Positions 9,409-19,063 of a stretch of DNA of 64,000 nt are shown here, piece by piece. Position numbers and translations under genes: made by a program. Source of the stretch: Cytophagales bacterium. GTDB lineage: Bacteria; Bacteroidota; Bacteroidia; Cytophagales; JAAEPT01. Location of the stretch: the NCBI GenBank assembly GCA_965267335.1, contig OZ253953.1, forward strand, positions 1,670,486 to 1,734,485, given 5' to 3'. Position 1 is the stretch's first letter. The number at the start of each line of letters is the position of its first letter. Below the pieces are notes generated by a model. It was not told the DNA's origin and did not search any database. It saw nothing but the letters and a program-made list of their open reading frames with translations.

Positions 9409-10476
9409 ATGGACATTAAAGAAAGTTCTGATAATCGCTTCAATCACTCTCATAGACGCTACAATCCATTGACAGGTCAGTGGGTTTTGGTCTCTCCACA
9501 CCGAATGCAACGACCATGGCAGGGGCAGGAAGAAGAAAAACAGGTATCGAATACACAGGCATATGATCCCAATTGTTATTTATGTCCGGGAAATCAAAGA
9601 TCGGGTGGAATTCAAAACCCAAACTATCAGTCGACCTATGTTTTTGATAATGACTTTGCTGCCTTGAATCAGGATATTGCCTCATGGCAGTCCAATGAAG
9701 ATGATTTATTCGTCTCACAAGCAGAAAGTGGTATATGCAGAGTGATATGCTTTTCGCCTGACCACAGCCTTACGCTACCTTTGATGTCCAATACTGAAGT
9801 CAAGCGTGTTGTTGAAACCTGGATCACCCAGTTTGAGGAACTGAGTACAAAAGAACAGATTAGTTACGTCCAAATTTTTGAAAATAAAGGTGCTGTTATG
9901 GGATGTAGCAACCCACATCCGCATGGGCAGATATGGGCACAATCAAGCATTCCAGTTGAAATACAGATTAAAACCAAGAATCAGAAAAGTTATTTTGACA
10001 AGCATGGTCATTCACTAGTGGAAGCTTACATTGAAAAAGAACTCAAAAAGAGGGAGAGAGTAATACTTGAAAATGAACTCTTTGTCTCAATAGTACCCTA
10101 TTGGGCCATATGGCCATACGAGACTATGATTGCCCCTAAGCGAACGATGGCTCATATTAGCATGATGACGGAAGAAGAAAGAGGTGCGTTTGCTGACATT
10201 ATCAGGAAGCAAACAATAAAATATGACAATCTGTTCGAAACATCTTTTCCGTACTCAGCAGGAATCCACCAGGCACCTTGTGATGGCGGGGACTACTCAT
10301 CGTGGCACTGGCATATGAGTTTTTATCCCCCTTTATTACGATCAGCCAGTGTAAAGAAATTCATGGTCGGTTATGAAATGTTTGCTACACCTCAGCGTGA
10401 TATTACAGCCGAGCGTAGCGCAAACTTATTGAAGAAACTTTCTGAAATTCACTATTCTTATGGAAAAACCAGTTGA
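9409..10476 (+). CDS. galT: Galactose-1-phosphate uridylyltransferase
   Basis: HRRYNPLTGQWVLVSPHRMQRPWQG, a CxxC zinc site (CYLCPGN) and the active-site HPHGQIW. ATG 9409 is preferred over TTG 9403. Confidence 0.95.
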   Translation: MDIKESSDNRFNHSHRRYNPLTGQWVLVSPHRMQRPWQGQEEEKQVSNTQAYDPNCYLCPGNQRSGGIQNPNYQSTYVFDNDFAALNQDIASWQSNEDDLFVSQAESGICRVICFSPDHSLTLPLMSNTEVKRVVETWITQFEELSTKEQISYVQIFENKGAVMGCSNPHPHGQIWAQSSIPVEIQIKTKNQKSYFDKHGHSLVEAYIEKELKKRERVILENELFVSIVPYWAIWPYETMIAPKRTMAHISMMTEEERGAFADIIRKQTIKYDNLFETSFPYSAGIHQAPCDGGDYSSWHWHMSFYPPLLRSASVKKFMVGYEMFATPQRDITAERSANLLKKLSEIHYSYGKTS

Positions 10477-11662
10477 AACCCAATCATTCGTATCTGAAGA
10501 ACTGTCAGCAATAATTGCAGAGAATAGAAAACTGTTTTCGGGACATTTTGATCATGAACCGACCGTTGTTGGCGTGGCACCTGGAAGAATCAATATTATA
10601 GGTGAGCATACCGATTATTCCGAAGGATTAAGTATGCCCGTTGCCATTAATCGTTGGGTGATTTTTTGTGTTTCCAAAAGAGCGGATAACAGGGTCTGTG
10701 TGGTTAGTGAGAATTTCAAGAGTAGGATGGAATTTGAGTTAGGTAGTGAAATTTCGACCACAGCCAGTTGGGAAAAGTTTATAAAAGGTTGTGTTGAACT
10801 ATTTGTAGCAAGGAGAGAATTAGATTTTGGCTTCAATGCCGTTATCTCTGGCAATATACCAATCGGTGCGGGAGTGTCGAGTTCAGCGGCTATTGAACTG
10901 GCTATCATTAACGCTCTTAATGAATTGTACGGGGCTGAGATGACTGATCAGGAAATTGCTATCATGGGTCAACAGGTAGAGCATCAGTACTTACAGGTAA
11001 AGTGTGGTCTGCTTGATCAATTTGCCTCGCAGTTTACTAAATACGGACAGGTGATGATTCTCGATTTTCGCACCCTAACCAGAATGTACACAACCATTAA
11101 GATGGAAGGCTACAGTTGGGTATTGGTCAATTCAATGGTCAAGAGGGAATTGGCCGGCAGTGAATACTCGAAGCGCGTAGACGAAATGGAACGAGCACGA
11201 CAAGTACTGAAGGCAAATGGTATTTCTCACTTAAGGGAAGCCAAACTTTCCGATTTGAATTTGATAGATGATGAGAAAGTTAAGATGCGATTGAGGCATT
11301 TCATTACAGCTAATCAAAGGGTTGCTGAGATGCGGGTAGCTTTTGAAGAATTGAATTATAAACGGGTCGGAGAGTTGTTAAATGAGTCTCATCGGTCACT
11401 TAGTGAGGACTATGAAGTGAGCTGTCACGAACTGGATGTACTTGCCACTGACGCTCGAAAAATTAAGGGCTGTTATGGATCTAGAATGATGGGAGGTGGG
11501 TTTGGTGGTTGTACACTTAATCTGGTCGACAATTCTTGTTTGGAAGAATTTTCCTATCAGATTAAAAGACAATATAAAATTAGGTTCAATATGGAACCGG
11601 ATATCAATTCCTTTACTATGGTTGACGGAGCCCAGGTCTTTAGATCAGCGAATGTCGTATAG
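10460..11662 (+). CDS. galK: Galactokinase
   Basis: Galactokinase signature APGRINIIGEHTDY and GHMP kinase motifs PIGAGVSSSAA and MMGGGFGGC. 17-nt overlap with galT. Confidence 0.95.
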   Translation: MEKPVETQSFVSEELSAIIAENRKLFSGHFDHEPTVVGVAPGRINIIGEHTDYSEGLSMPVAINRWVIFCVSKRADNRVCVVSENFKSRMEFELGSEISTTASWEKFIKGCVELFVARRELDFGFNAVISGNIPIGAGVSSSAAIELAIINALNELYGAEMTDQEIAIMGQQVEHQYLQVKCGLLDQFASQFTKYGQVMILDFRTLTRMYTTIKMEGYSWVLVNSMVKRELAGSEYSKRVDEMERARQVLKANGISHLREAKLSDLNLIDDEKVKMRLRHFITANQRVAEMRVAFEELNYKRVGELLNESHRSLSEDYEVSCHELDVLATDARKIKGCYGSRMMGGGFGGCTLNLVDNSCLEEFSYQIKRQYKIRFNMEPDINSFTMVDGAQVFRSANVV

Positions 11663-13090
11663 TGAGTAGTTGGGTGTAGAATAAAGTTGCTTCCAAGCCT
11701 TCTTTGGGGCAAATTTCCGTTCGTCTTTCAGTATGATGGCATATTGACATCCTTTCGTCTTTATTTCTTCAAGAAACTCATCAGATTCCAGGTCTTTGTT
11801 TGATGATAGCCATCCCTTTCTATGAGTGAAGTAGAATTGAGTAGGACACTTAGGTGTGTTCATCACAATGATGGCATCCTCTGGAATAACTTCATCGAGC
11901 TCCGCTTCTAATGTTTCAGGCCACCTATACTTATCCCGAACAGAGAGATCTCTCATTTGGGTCAGGAAACCCTCCAGAGCAAACACACAGAGAACAGCTA
12001 TTGCGATTTTTTTTGGCACGTGAGTAATTGTCCAGGCACCAATTATGCACATCACAGGTACAAAAGGTAAGATGTAGTAGTTGTGATGATGAAAGGCAAA
12101 TCCGCTTTTAAGCATAATAGGTATAAATCCCAAGCATAGTAATGTTGAAGTCCATATTAGCAATTGGTTACGTTTTTGGAATATATAGAAGATGCCAGCT
12201 AAGTAAATAATGAAGCCACTAAAACCCATAGCACTTTTATAAAATCTCATCAGCGTAAGGTCCCAATGGTTAACCAATTCGTGGAATCCTTCCCTAAGTC
12301 CCATGCCCATATAGAAATGCCAGAACCCGTAAGTTTCAACTAAATGTGGAACCCATATAAAATACCACCAAACTGATGGAATAACTGCAACTAGCGATAG
12401 TCCATAAAATAGTAATTTCCTATTGACCGGTACCTTGTCAGAAAACAGGGGGATCAGCAGAACAATTAATAAAAAGCCAGATGGTAATTTTGAAAGAATT
12501 CCAGTAGTTATCAGAATGAAATACAAGAGAAGGTTTTTCCAGTGTTTGTTTTTTATCAGGTATTGGAGCCCATAGAATAACCCAATAATCACCAAAGAAA
12601 GGGAGAATGTATCGGGCATAATCTTTCTAGAAAACATGAACCACTCTGAAAAGATCAAAAGGAAAGAGGAGTACCAGGCAAGCTCTTCCGAGAAGTGAGT
12701 CTGTAATAGTCGAAAAAAATACCAGATTCCGATTGAAGAGACTATCAGATTAATCAGTCGGCCGTACCAGTGGTCAAAACCAACTGCTTCCGAAACCAGA
12801 TAAATCGAGTAATTGAGGATAGGAAATTCCATTCCCGTGATTCCGGTTTTATCACCACCGGCAAAATCCAATCTAGGATATAAAATGTTGTTATCAACCT
12901 CTAAAAAGTTGCGGGCCACCATATTTACTGTTGTCTGCCGCCAGTTGTGCTGTACTTCCAAAGGAGGGTTCCAAATTCCATAAATCCGAATGATGAAGGA
13001 AAGTAGTATCCAGAACCTGATGTCTTTTAGAGTATTCTTGGTGATACCGGGTAATTTGTTCACAATGTTACGCGAGAGGTTTGTGTCCAC
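11645..13090 (-). CDS. ArnT/PMT-like membrane glycosyltransferase (GT39/GT83-type)
   Basis: 481 aa, about 11 TM helices, and a first periplasmic loop with WNPPLEV...DFAGGDKTGITGMEFPILNY typical of lipid-linked-sugar-dependent GT-C enzymes. GTG start. Confidence 0.7.
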   Translation of the reverse strand: MDTNLSRNIVNKLPGITKNTLKDIRFWILLSFIIRIYGIWNPPLEVQHNWRQTTVNMVARNFLEVDNNILYPRLDFAGGDKTGITGMEFPILNYSIYLVSEAVGFDHWYGRLINLIVSSIGIWYFFRLLQTHFSEELAWYSSFLLIFSEWFMFSRKIMPDTFSLSLVIIGLFYGLQYLIKNKHWKNLLLYFILITTGILSKLPSGFLLIVLLIPLFSDKVPVNRKLLFYGLSLVAVIPSVWWYFIWVPHLVETYGFWHFYMGMGLREGFHELVNHWDLTLMRFYKSAMGFSGFIIYLAGIFYIFQKRNQLLIWTSTLLCLGFIPIMLKSGFAFHHHNYYILPFVPVMCIIGAWTITHVPKKIAIAVLCVFALEGFLTQMRDLSVRDKYRWPETLEAELDEVIPEDAIIVMNTPKCPTQFYFTHRKGWLSSNKDLESDEFLEEIKTKGCQYAIILKDERKFAPKKAWKQLYSTPNYSLYDIR

Positions 13091-13177
13091 AAAGATAGAC
13101 CAGTAAATCGAGAATGACCGAAGGATATTGGGAAAACTCTGTTCTCAATACTCTGCTGTAGGAATAGCTTAGCCCAT

Positions 13178-16100
13178 TTAGCGAATAACCTTTATCGTTT
13201 GAAGTTCATTACCATGTTGTACGTGAACAAGATATACTCCTGGGCTTAGATAGTCATAACTAAAGAGTGTTGTAGGATTAGAGGTGGATTGTGATTCAAT
13301 AATTTTGCCATCAACACTGTATACCTTGATCCATGTTTTGTCATTACCAGCACTAGTGATAAGGAGTGAGCTTTGAGTTTTGTGAACAACTTGTAGTAAG
13401 CTCTCGTGGCCAGGTGTCAATACCACAATCTTGGAAGTATTATTCTTTCCGTCAAAATCAACCTGAACAATTCGATAGAAAACTAACTGATCTCTTTCAT
13501 ATTGGTGGTCGTTGAATTGATAACTGATAGCTTCAGCAGAGTTTCCATTTCCCGCTACGCTGCCTATGTCAAAGAACATATTGCCATCATAGGATTTTTG
13601 AATTATAAAATGGCTGTTGTTTTCCTCGGAAGTGGTGACCCATTCTATCGAGGAATATTCCAAATGGGATGTTGCTGCAATGTTGCCGTAGGTCACCGGA
13701 AGAGGATCACTACAAACCCACATTTCAGAAGTACTGCCCGAAGGAGTCGTTTGCGTAGCAGTGAGTGCATTTTGCTGTGCAGCGGAGTAACCCATATTGT
13801 GTGTTACGGACCAGTTGCCGCCACCGTCCACAACAGCGGTTCCTCTGTAGGCTTCACCCTCGCAATTGCAATCACCGCCACCGTCTCCGGTGAAGTTATA
13901 GTATACATGTACTGTGTTACCGGCAGTTCCGGTGCCACTGATGGTGTTGGCATCAGTTGTAGTAACGACCGGAGCCACTACGCTTTCATTTTCTGAACCG
14001 GATTCAAGGTCTATGGCCTCTCCGCCATTGCAATAGATCTTGTTACCAATAATTGTTTCAAAATTTATTGTGCCACCATAATTGGACACTCTCACTCCAT
14101 GCAGGCCATTTTGTGAAATATGATTTCTTTCATTTGCACCAAGCCCACCTATATTACAATCATTGACTGTTTGGCCTCCATAGGTCATCAGCCATATTCC
14201 ATTCAGGGCGTTACCAAATCCAGCAGTTTGGTTCATGTTGATATCGAGACCGATGATATTGTTCTGTATATCAGTGTTGGTTGAAACCTGAGATCTGATA
14301 CCGTCTTCATTCAGACTACAACATACCAGGTTGCCTTCACCTGAATTTGTTGTTCCTATGGTATTATTAGAACTTCCATCAAGGAAGAATATACCTATTC
14401 CCCCGTTTCCAACAGCTATTGTGCCTGAGGTGTCTGAGCCTACATAGTTTCCTATGAAGGTAGTATTGGTGCTTGCTCCATCAGCGAAAAAACCATGGTG
14501 TCCTGCTGCGGTACCATTTCCTGAGATATAGTTGCGATCGGAGCTGGTGGAACCACCAACTGTATTATTTGATGAACCGGCTCCGAATCTGAGTCCAATG
14601 GTGCCATTCCCAAGATCACTTGAACCGTTCCTTGCAAGTCCGATGTAATTGCCAGTAAAAGTGTTATTATCAATGTCTAGCATATTAAAACCTACCTGAG
14701 TGTTACCATTCACGAAATTATCTGACCAGGTATTCGTGCTACAGTCATTTTGTGCTTGTATACCATGAGTTCCGTTGGCAATTGCGGTATTGCCAGTGCT
14801 GTCACAGCCAATGTAGTTATTGGTAAAATCACTATTGTCTACGTTATCTAAAAAAATTCCGAAGTTATTATTCCCTGAAAAAACATTTTTCTCCAGGGCA
14901 TTGCTACCACCTACAGTAACACCTGTAGAAGTTGTTATTGATAAGCCTGAGTCATTATTTGCTAAGGCAGCCAGACCAGTAGCCGTGACTCCTACAAAGT
15001 TTCCCATAATAGTATGACCGTTACAATTGGTTATAGAGATACCATTTTCGCCCGCTGCATCTCCGTTATCCGAGATAATATTTCGTTCGTTCAATGTTGA
15101 GCCACCAATCTCACAATTATCAGATGCAGAAATATAAATACCATGCGCGTTATTTGCTATTCCAGTGGATCCATCAAAGTTTACACCTATGTAATTACCC
15201 CTTATAATCGTACGATGACTAGCGTTGTCAATATTGATGCCGCTGAAGGTATTCCCTGAAATTAAGTTACCCTCATCAGCCCCTGTGCCACCAATTTGCG
15301 TATCAACACTGTTTTCAATGTTAATTCCATGTATGGCATTAGTCAGAGCAGCAGTCCCGGCTGAATTAGTGCCTATATAATTAGCCCGGATGATACAATT
15401 ATCCGAAGTGTTGGTTACTGTAATACCTATCCCAAGTCCTCCTGCGCCATTTCCAGAAATTACATTTCGGTCATTGGACGTGCTTCCTCCAATTGTAGTA
15501 TTGTCAGCATTATCTAAATTAATGCCATGGCCATCATTCCCCAGGTCAGTAGAGCCGTCTGCTCCTGGTCCTATGTAGTTGTTGATGATTTCTGTACCGG
15601 TACTGCTGCTGACTAATATTCCATGATTCCCATTTCCACTAATTACGTTGCCATTTGATGTGACGCCAATTTGGTTGTCATTGGATGCATCAACTCTGAT
15701 TCCTCTCTGTCCGTTGCCCAGGTCTGTATTTCCCCCTGTACCGGTTCCTATATAATTATTTTGGATAATACAGTCTGTGCTGCCACCATCAATAAAAATA
15801 CCCTCATCTGCGCATCCGGAAATAATGTTTCGGTCTACAGGACTTGAGCTGCCAATTTTGATGTTGCTGCTGGCGTTTGTGATGTAAATTCCATTGTCAT
15901 TTATTATTGCTCCTGGAACTGCCCCTGTCAGGTCGAGACCAATCCAACAGCCCCTGATGGTTATATTCGTTACACCATTTATTTCAATTCCGTCCTGTGT
16001 ACATCCCCATATGACAATGCCTCTAACAAATGATCCGGTGGCTCCGGCATTATTTATTAGAAATCCATGAGTAAAACCATCGATTCCAATCACGGGGGAA

Positions 16101-16384
16101 TTAGAGGCATAACTAGTGGCCGTATACCCATCGATGGTTACACCTTCTGTTGGACTGGGTAAGTCTGACGCAAGAGTAATTGTGTGTGTGCCAGCTCCAA
16201 GCCCGGAGAAATCTATTATGTCATTGCCTCCGGAGTTTGCTGTCGCATTGGCATCAATTATTGCCTGACGTAAAGAACCCGCCCCAGCGTCATTGGTGTT
16301 GGTGACATTAAATGTAGTAATGGCTTTAGTTTCGCTCGTAAACAATAAAGCTAGCACTGCGGTAAGTAAAAATGTCCTGTTCAT
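13178..16384 (-). CDS. Secreted right-handed parallel beta-helix repeat protein (CSLREA / choice-of-anchor-Q type N-terminus) with T9SS C-terminal sorting domain
   Basis: Signal peptide, then FNVTNTNDAGAGSLRQAIIDANA. About 10 super-repeats of 60-66 aa follow (NNYIG..G...LGN...GI......N.IGG....RN.ISGN...GI). The C-terminal ~80 aa ends ...GVYLVHVQHGNELQTIKVIR (Por tail). Confidence 0.85.
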   Translation of the reverse strand: MNRTFLLTAVLALLFTSETKAITTFNVTNTNDAGAGSLRQAIIDANATANSGGNDIIDFSGLGAGTHTITLASDLPSPTEGVTIDGYTATSYASNSPVIGIDGFTHGFLINNAGATGSFVRGIVIWGCTQDGIEINGVTNITIRGCWIGLDLTGAVPGAIINDNGIYITNASSNIKIGSSSPVDRNIISGCADEGIFIDGGSTDCIIQNNYIGTGTGGNTDLGNGQRGIRVDASNDNQIGVTSNGNVISGNGNHGILVSSSTGTEIINNYIGPGADGSTDLGNDGHGINLDNADNTTIGGSTSNDRNVISGNGAGGLGIGITVTNTSDNCIIRANYIGTNSAGTAALTNAIHGINIENSVDTQIGGTGADEGNLISGNTFSGINIDNASHRTIIRGNYIGVNFDGSTGIANNAHGIYISASDNCEIGGSTLNERNIISDNGDAAGENGISITNCNGHTIMGNFVGVTATGLAALANNDSGLSITTSTGVTVGGSNALEKNVFSGNNNFGIFLDNVDNSDFTNNYIGCDSTGNTAIANGTHGIQAQNDCSTNTWSDNFVNGNTQVGFNMLDIDNNTFTGNYIGLARNGSSDLGNGTIGLRFGAGSSNNTVGGSTSSDRNYISGNGTAAGHHGFFADGASTNTTFIGNYVGSDTSGTIAVGNGGIGIFFLDGSSNNTIGTTNSGEGNLVCCSLNEDGIRSQVSTNTDIQNNIIGLDINMNQTAGFGNALNGIWLMTYGGQTVNDCNIGGLGANERNHISQNGLHGVRVSNYGGTINFETIIGNKIYCNGGEAIDLESGSENESVVAPVVTTTDANTISGTGTAGNTVHVYYNFTGDGGGDCNCEGEAYRGTAVVDGGGNWSVTHNMGYSAAQQNALTATQTTPSGSTSEMWVCSDPLPVTYGNIAATSHLEYSSIEWVTTSEENNSHFIIQKSYDGNMFFDIGSVAGNGNSAEAISYQFNDHQYERDQLVFYRIVQVDFDGKNNTSKIVVLTPGHESLLQVVHKTQSSLLITSAGNDKTWIKVYSVDGKIIESQSTSNPTTLFSYDYLSPGVYLVHVQHGNELQTIKVIR

Positions 16385-16620
16385 AAGCTAAGTAACTGGT
16401 GATTGTGTGCTAAGGTCCTGTAATGTAATATTGGTGTGATTTTTTGCGTAGTTGTGTTAGAATATTTTCGATAAAGCCGTGAGATTCATCGGTGAAAAAC
16501 AGGGGTATTAATTGGATGAAATGGCTGAAAAAATAACCTATAGAACGGTGAGAGTAATGTTTGGTGGAATTGCTTTACACTTTAAGCGCACCTCCCGTTT
16601 TTGTATTTGAGTCGCAAGAA

Positions 16621-16644
16621 ATAAAAAAGGGCACTAAGCCCTTT
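16621..16644 (-). terminator. Rho-independent terminator after ppnP
   Basis: Perfect 7-bp stem aaagggc (16626-16632) / gcccttt (16638-16644) with a 5-nt loop. On the minus strand it is followed by a T-run (GCCCTTTTTTAT) and sits 3 nt after the ppnP stop. Confidence 0.7.
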
Positions 16645-16647
16645 AGC

Positions 16648-16929
16648 TTAAATATATTGGCATAAGTAAGCTGTATTTCCCACAGACTTTACTTTAAAGC
16701 TGGAATCACCCGGTACATTAAATTTTTCTCCGCTTTTGAACGAGACCCATTCTGATGCACCTGGAAGTAAGGCTTGCAACTCACCATCAACTACATTCAT
16801 AATTTCTGGTTTTCCTGTACTGAACTCGTATTCGCCTTCTTTCATCACTCCCAATGTGCTATCATTACCATCATTGTTATAACCTAGTGACTTGACGTTA
16901 CCTTCGAAGTATTCGTTAAAATTGATCAT
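16648..16929 (-). CDS. ppnP: Pyrimidine/purine nucleoside phosphorylase PpnP (UPF0345/YaiE, cupin)
   Basis: MINFNEYFEGNVKSLGY...GVMKEGEYEFSTGKPEIMNVVDGEL..LLPG...W..F..GE.FNVPG.S.F.....TAYLCQY is collinear with E. coli PpnP as I recall it. ATG 16929 gives 93 aa, close to the ~94 aa I recall for the E. coli protein. The ORF-track TTG 16953 is probably too long. Confidence 0.9.
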   Translation of the reverse strand: MINFNEYFEGNVKSLGYNNDGNDSTLGVMKEGEYEFSTGKPEIMNVVDGELQALLPGASEWVSFKSGEKFNVPGDSSFKVKSVGNTAYLCQYI

Positions 16930-17051
16930 ATCTATTAGTTTTTGAGTTGGCAAAGATAGGAGCTAGGATTTAGTTCTATAAATGCATAGCATATTTTTTC
17001 ATCTCACCCGTCAGCATTGTTAAATAGTATGTTCAACTAAACGTCATTAAT

Positions 17052-17303
17052 ATGAACCGTGAATTTTTTAGAACTTTTGTAGGAGGAGCCTTGATCGGGG
17101 CAATATTGTTCTTCGCTCCTTTTATGGTACTTAATGTACTTGTCTTTTTTCTGATTTTCAGAATAATTTTCTTCCTGTTTAAGGGACGTGGTCATAAGAA
17201 ACATTTATGGGCATATGCCGATAGGATAAGAAACATGAGTGATGATGAGTATCAGAATTATAAAGCCAACTACCGGAGTTGCGGTGGATGGCGTGGTAAA
17301 TGA
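17052..17303 (+). CDS. Small hypothetical membrane protein
   Basis: 83 aa with two hydrophobic helices and a basic C-terminus. ATGA overlap with the next small ORF suggests translational coupling. Confidence 0.4.
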   Translation: MNREFFRTFVGGALIGAILFFAPFMVLNVLVFFLIFRIIFFLFKGRGHKKHLWAYADRIRNMSDDEYQNYKANYRSCGGWRGK

Positions 17304-17491
17304 ATTTCAATTTAAACCAAAGCAGTATGAAGCGTTCAAATAGAATATGGATAGGTATATTAGGAGGAGTAATGTCAATTGGCATTTTAACCGCAACCGT
17401 AGGTCCACGATATTGGAAACACCGGGTATCTCATTTTAAGAATTGCACTAGTCATAAGTGTGATCAGACCGGAAAAGGTGTGACCAAATAG
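17300..17491 (+). CDS. Small hypothetical membrane protein
   Basis: 63 aa with one TM helix (IWIGILGGVMSIGILTATV). Coupled to the upstream ORF and followed by a hairpin. Confidence 0.35.
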   Translation: MNFNLNQSSMKRSNRIWIGILGGVMSIGILTATVGPRYWKHRVSHFKNCTSHKCDQTGKGVTK

Positions 17492-17496
17492 GAGTG

Positions 17497-17527
17497 AGCC
17501 CCGACTGATTGATGTTGGGGCTTTTCT
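17497..17527 (+). terminator. Candidate intrinsic terminator between convergent genes
   Basis: Stem agcccc (17497-17502) / ggggct (17517-17522) with a 14-nt loop, followed by tttt. Confidence 0.5.
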
Positions 17528-17536
17528 CTAATTGAG

Positions 17537-18535
17537 TTAAGGCTGTTGTAATCCTCTTATTATCTCGGAGTCAGTTAGTTTTAATTCAGGAGAAAAGGGA
17601 TCGTTTTTAATTAGTTTAGGTCCATCCAGGTCTACCCAGTCAGCTAGTGGTGCCAATTGCCATGCGGCCTGGCAGGCAAGAGAGGATTCCGACATACAAC
17701 CAAGAACCGTTTTTAAACCCTTTTCTCTGGCGTTTCTTAAAGATTGCACGGCCTCGGTGATTCCCCCACTTTTCATGAGTTTGACATTAATACCGTGGAA
17801 AGAAGTGCCGATTGTGTCGAGGTCCACAATTGTTTGATAGGATTCATCGGCCAAAATTGGAATAGGACTTCTGTCCTTGAGCCATCTATGAGATTCGAGG
17901 TCATGTTTGTCAAATGGTTGTTCGAGATAAGCTGCTCCCATTGCTTTTAATTTGATACACCATTCAAGAGCATATTCTTTGTTTGAAAATCCCTGATTGG
18001 CATCTACAACAAATGGCTTGTCAGAAAATTGTGAATAGTTTGTGATCATCTTATGTATTGATTCCTCTGTTACCTTTAGTTTGAAGTAAGTTTCTTCTGA
18101 CGCCAGTTCTATTTTCGCTTTCATTTCAGCAGAAGTTGAGATTCCTAAGGTGAAGGAGCTTTCTTTTAACGATGGGTCGATCCCGTACATTTGTTGGATG
18201 GAGGTGTTTTGGATTTTACATAAGAGGTTATGAAGTGCTATGTCAAGTGCAGCAATAGCAAATCGGTGGTCGGGGTATTTTTCTTTGAAATCTATATTTA
18301 TGGCAATAACTTCTTCAATATCAGAAATAGAATTTGGTAGTGTAATCTGGCTGATGAATTGTTTCAGGGTTTCCAGAGTTTCGCGATAGTAAGGGATAAA
18401 TATGCATTCACCGATTCCTCTGAATTTTCCCTGTGAGACAAGCAAATACGCGTTATCAGTAAATGATCGAGTAGTATGTGCAATTTTAAAGGGGTGCTCA
18501 AAAAATAAACGATATGGTAAAATTTTAACCTCCAC
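17537..18535 (-). CDS. Enolase-superfamily dipeptide epimerase (L-Ala-D/L-Glu epimerase-like, MR/MLE family)
   Basis: 332 aa. KLKV...VDANQGF...YLEQPF...LADES...INVKLMKSGGI...LGCMSES matches the metal ligand and catalytic Lys pattern of muconate-lactonizing-enzyme subgroup epimerases. Confidence 0.85.
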   Translation of the reverse strand: MEVKILPYRLFFEHPFKIAHTTRSFTDNAYLLVSQGKFRGIGECIFIPYYRETLETLKQFISQITLPNSISDIEEVIAINIDFKEKYPDHRFAIAALDIALHNLLCKIQNTSIQQMYGIDPSLKESSFTLGISTSAEMKAKIELASEETYFKLKVTEESIHKMITNYSQFSDKPFVVDANQGFSNKEYALEWCIKLKAMGAAYLEQPFDKHDLESHRWLKDRSPIPILADESYQTIVDLDTIGTSFHGINVKLMKSGGITEAVQSLRNAREKGLKTVLGCMSESSLACQAAWQLAPLADWVDLDGPKLIKNDPFSPELKLTDSEIIRGLQQP

Positions 18536-18563
18536 GGTATATTATACGAAAAAGGGCATAAAA

Positions 18564-18590
18564 AAACCGAAGCGACTTACACTTCGGTTT
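18564..18590 (-). terminator. Rho-independent terminator ending the long minus-strand signalling/ABC operon
   Basis: Perfect 9-bp stem aaaccgaag (18564-18572) / cttcggttt (18582-18590) with a 9-nt loop. On the minus strand it is followed by TTTTTTTA and lies 24 nt after the stop of the 144-aa gene. Confidence 0.7.
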
Positions 18591-18613
18591 TAATGGGAAG
18601 ATATTAATATTTT

Positions 18614-19048
18614 TTACCTCTTGAATCCAAGCACACTCAATCCACATTGATCAGGAGTGTCCTTGAAAGAGAATGTCATATAATGTACGCCAGTTGTTTT
18701 ACACTGGTATCCCAATGGGAAATAAACATCACCTTTGTTGTTGCTGGCTAACAGTTTGTGATTGGGGTCATAAAGTTTAATAACGATATTACTTTGTTCT
18801 CCGTTGTTATTGGCAATATTAAGCATGTAAATGGTGCCCTTGCTAAATACAAAGCTATATTCTATTTCACCATTCGCGTTTGCTTTGCCACCGTCCAATA
18901 GGTATGATTTTATAAATGTGAATCCATCAGCCAGGCCTGAAATGCATTTGTCTTTATGATCCATTGCATTGCACTGCGCATTCGACTTATTTACACTTAA
19001 CAGGCTAAACGCTGTTACTAATGTTAGGATTGTGATAATTCTTCCCAT
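18614..19048 (-). CDS. Small secreted hypothetical protein (4 Cys, beta-rich)
   Basis: Signal peptide MGRIITILTLVTAFSLLSVNKSNAQ. No family recognised. It is the last gene of the operon. Confidence 0.5.
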   Translation of the reverse strand: MGRIITILTLVTAFSLLSVNKSNAQCNAMDHKDKCISGLADGFTFIKSYLLDGGKANANGEIEYSFVFSKGTIYMLNIANNNGEQSNIVIKLYDPNHKLLASNNKGDVYFPLGYQCKTTGVHYMTFSFKDTPDQCGLSVLGFKR

Positions 19049-19063
19049 AACCAGGTAATTTAA

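Noticed and set aside
11645-11662. Convergent 18-nt overlap of galK and the ArnT-like gene (and 15-nt overlap at 42854-42868) as possible antisense regulation
   Set aside because: Short 3'-3' overlaps are common in compact bacterial genomes. No structure or motif in the overlap suggests a specific mechanism.
13502-13996. 164-aa plus-strand ORF antisense to the beta-helix gene (also 14820-15017 and 15390-15578)
   Set aside because: It lies entirely inside the 1068-aa CDS, which has strong repeat and domain logic. The antisense translation is low-complexity (Cys/Gly/Ser/Val-rich), as expected from the complement of Gly/Asn/Thr-rich repeats.
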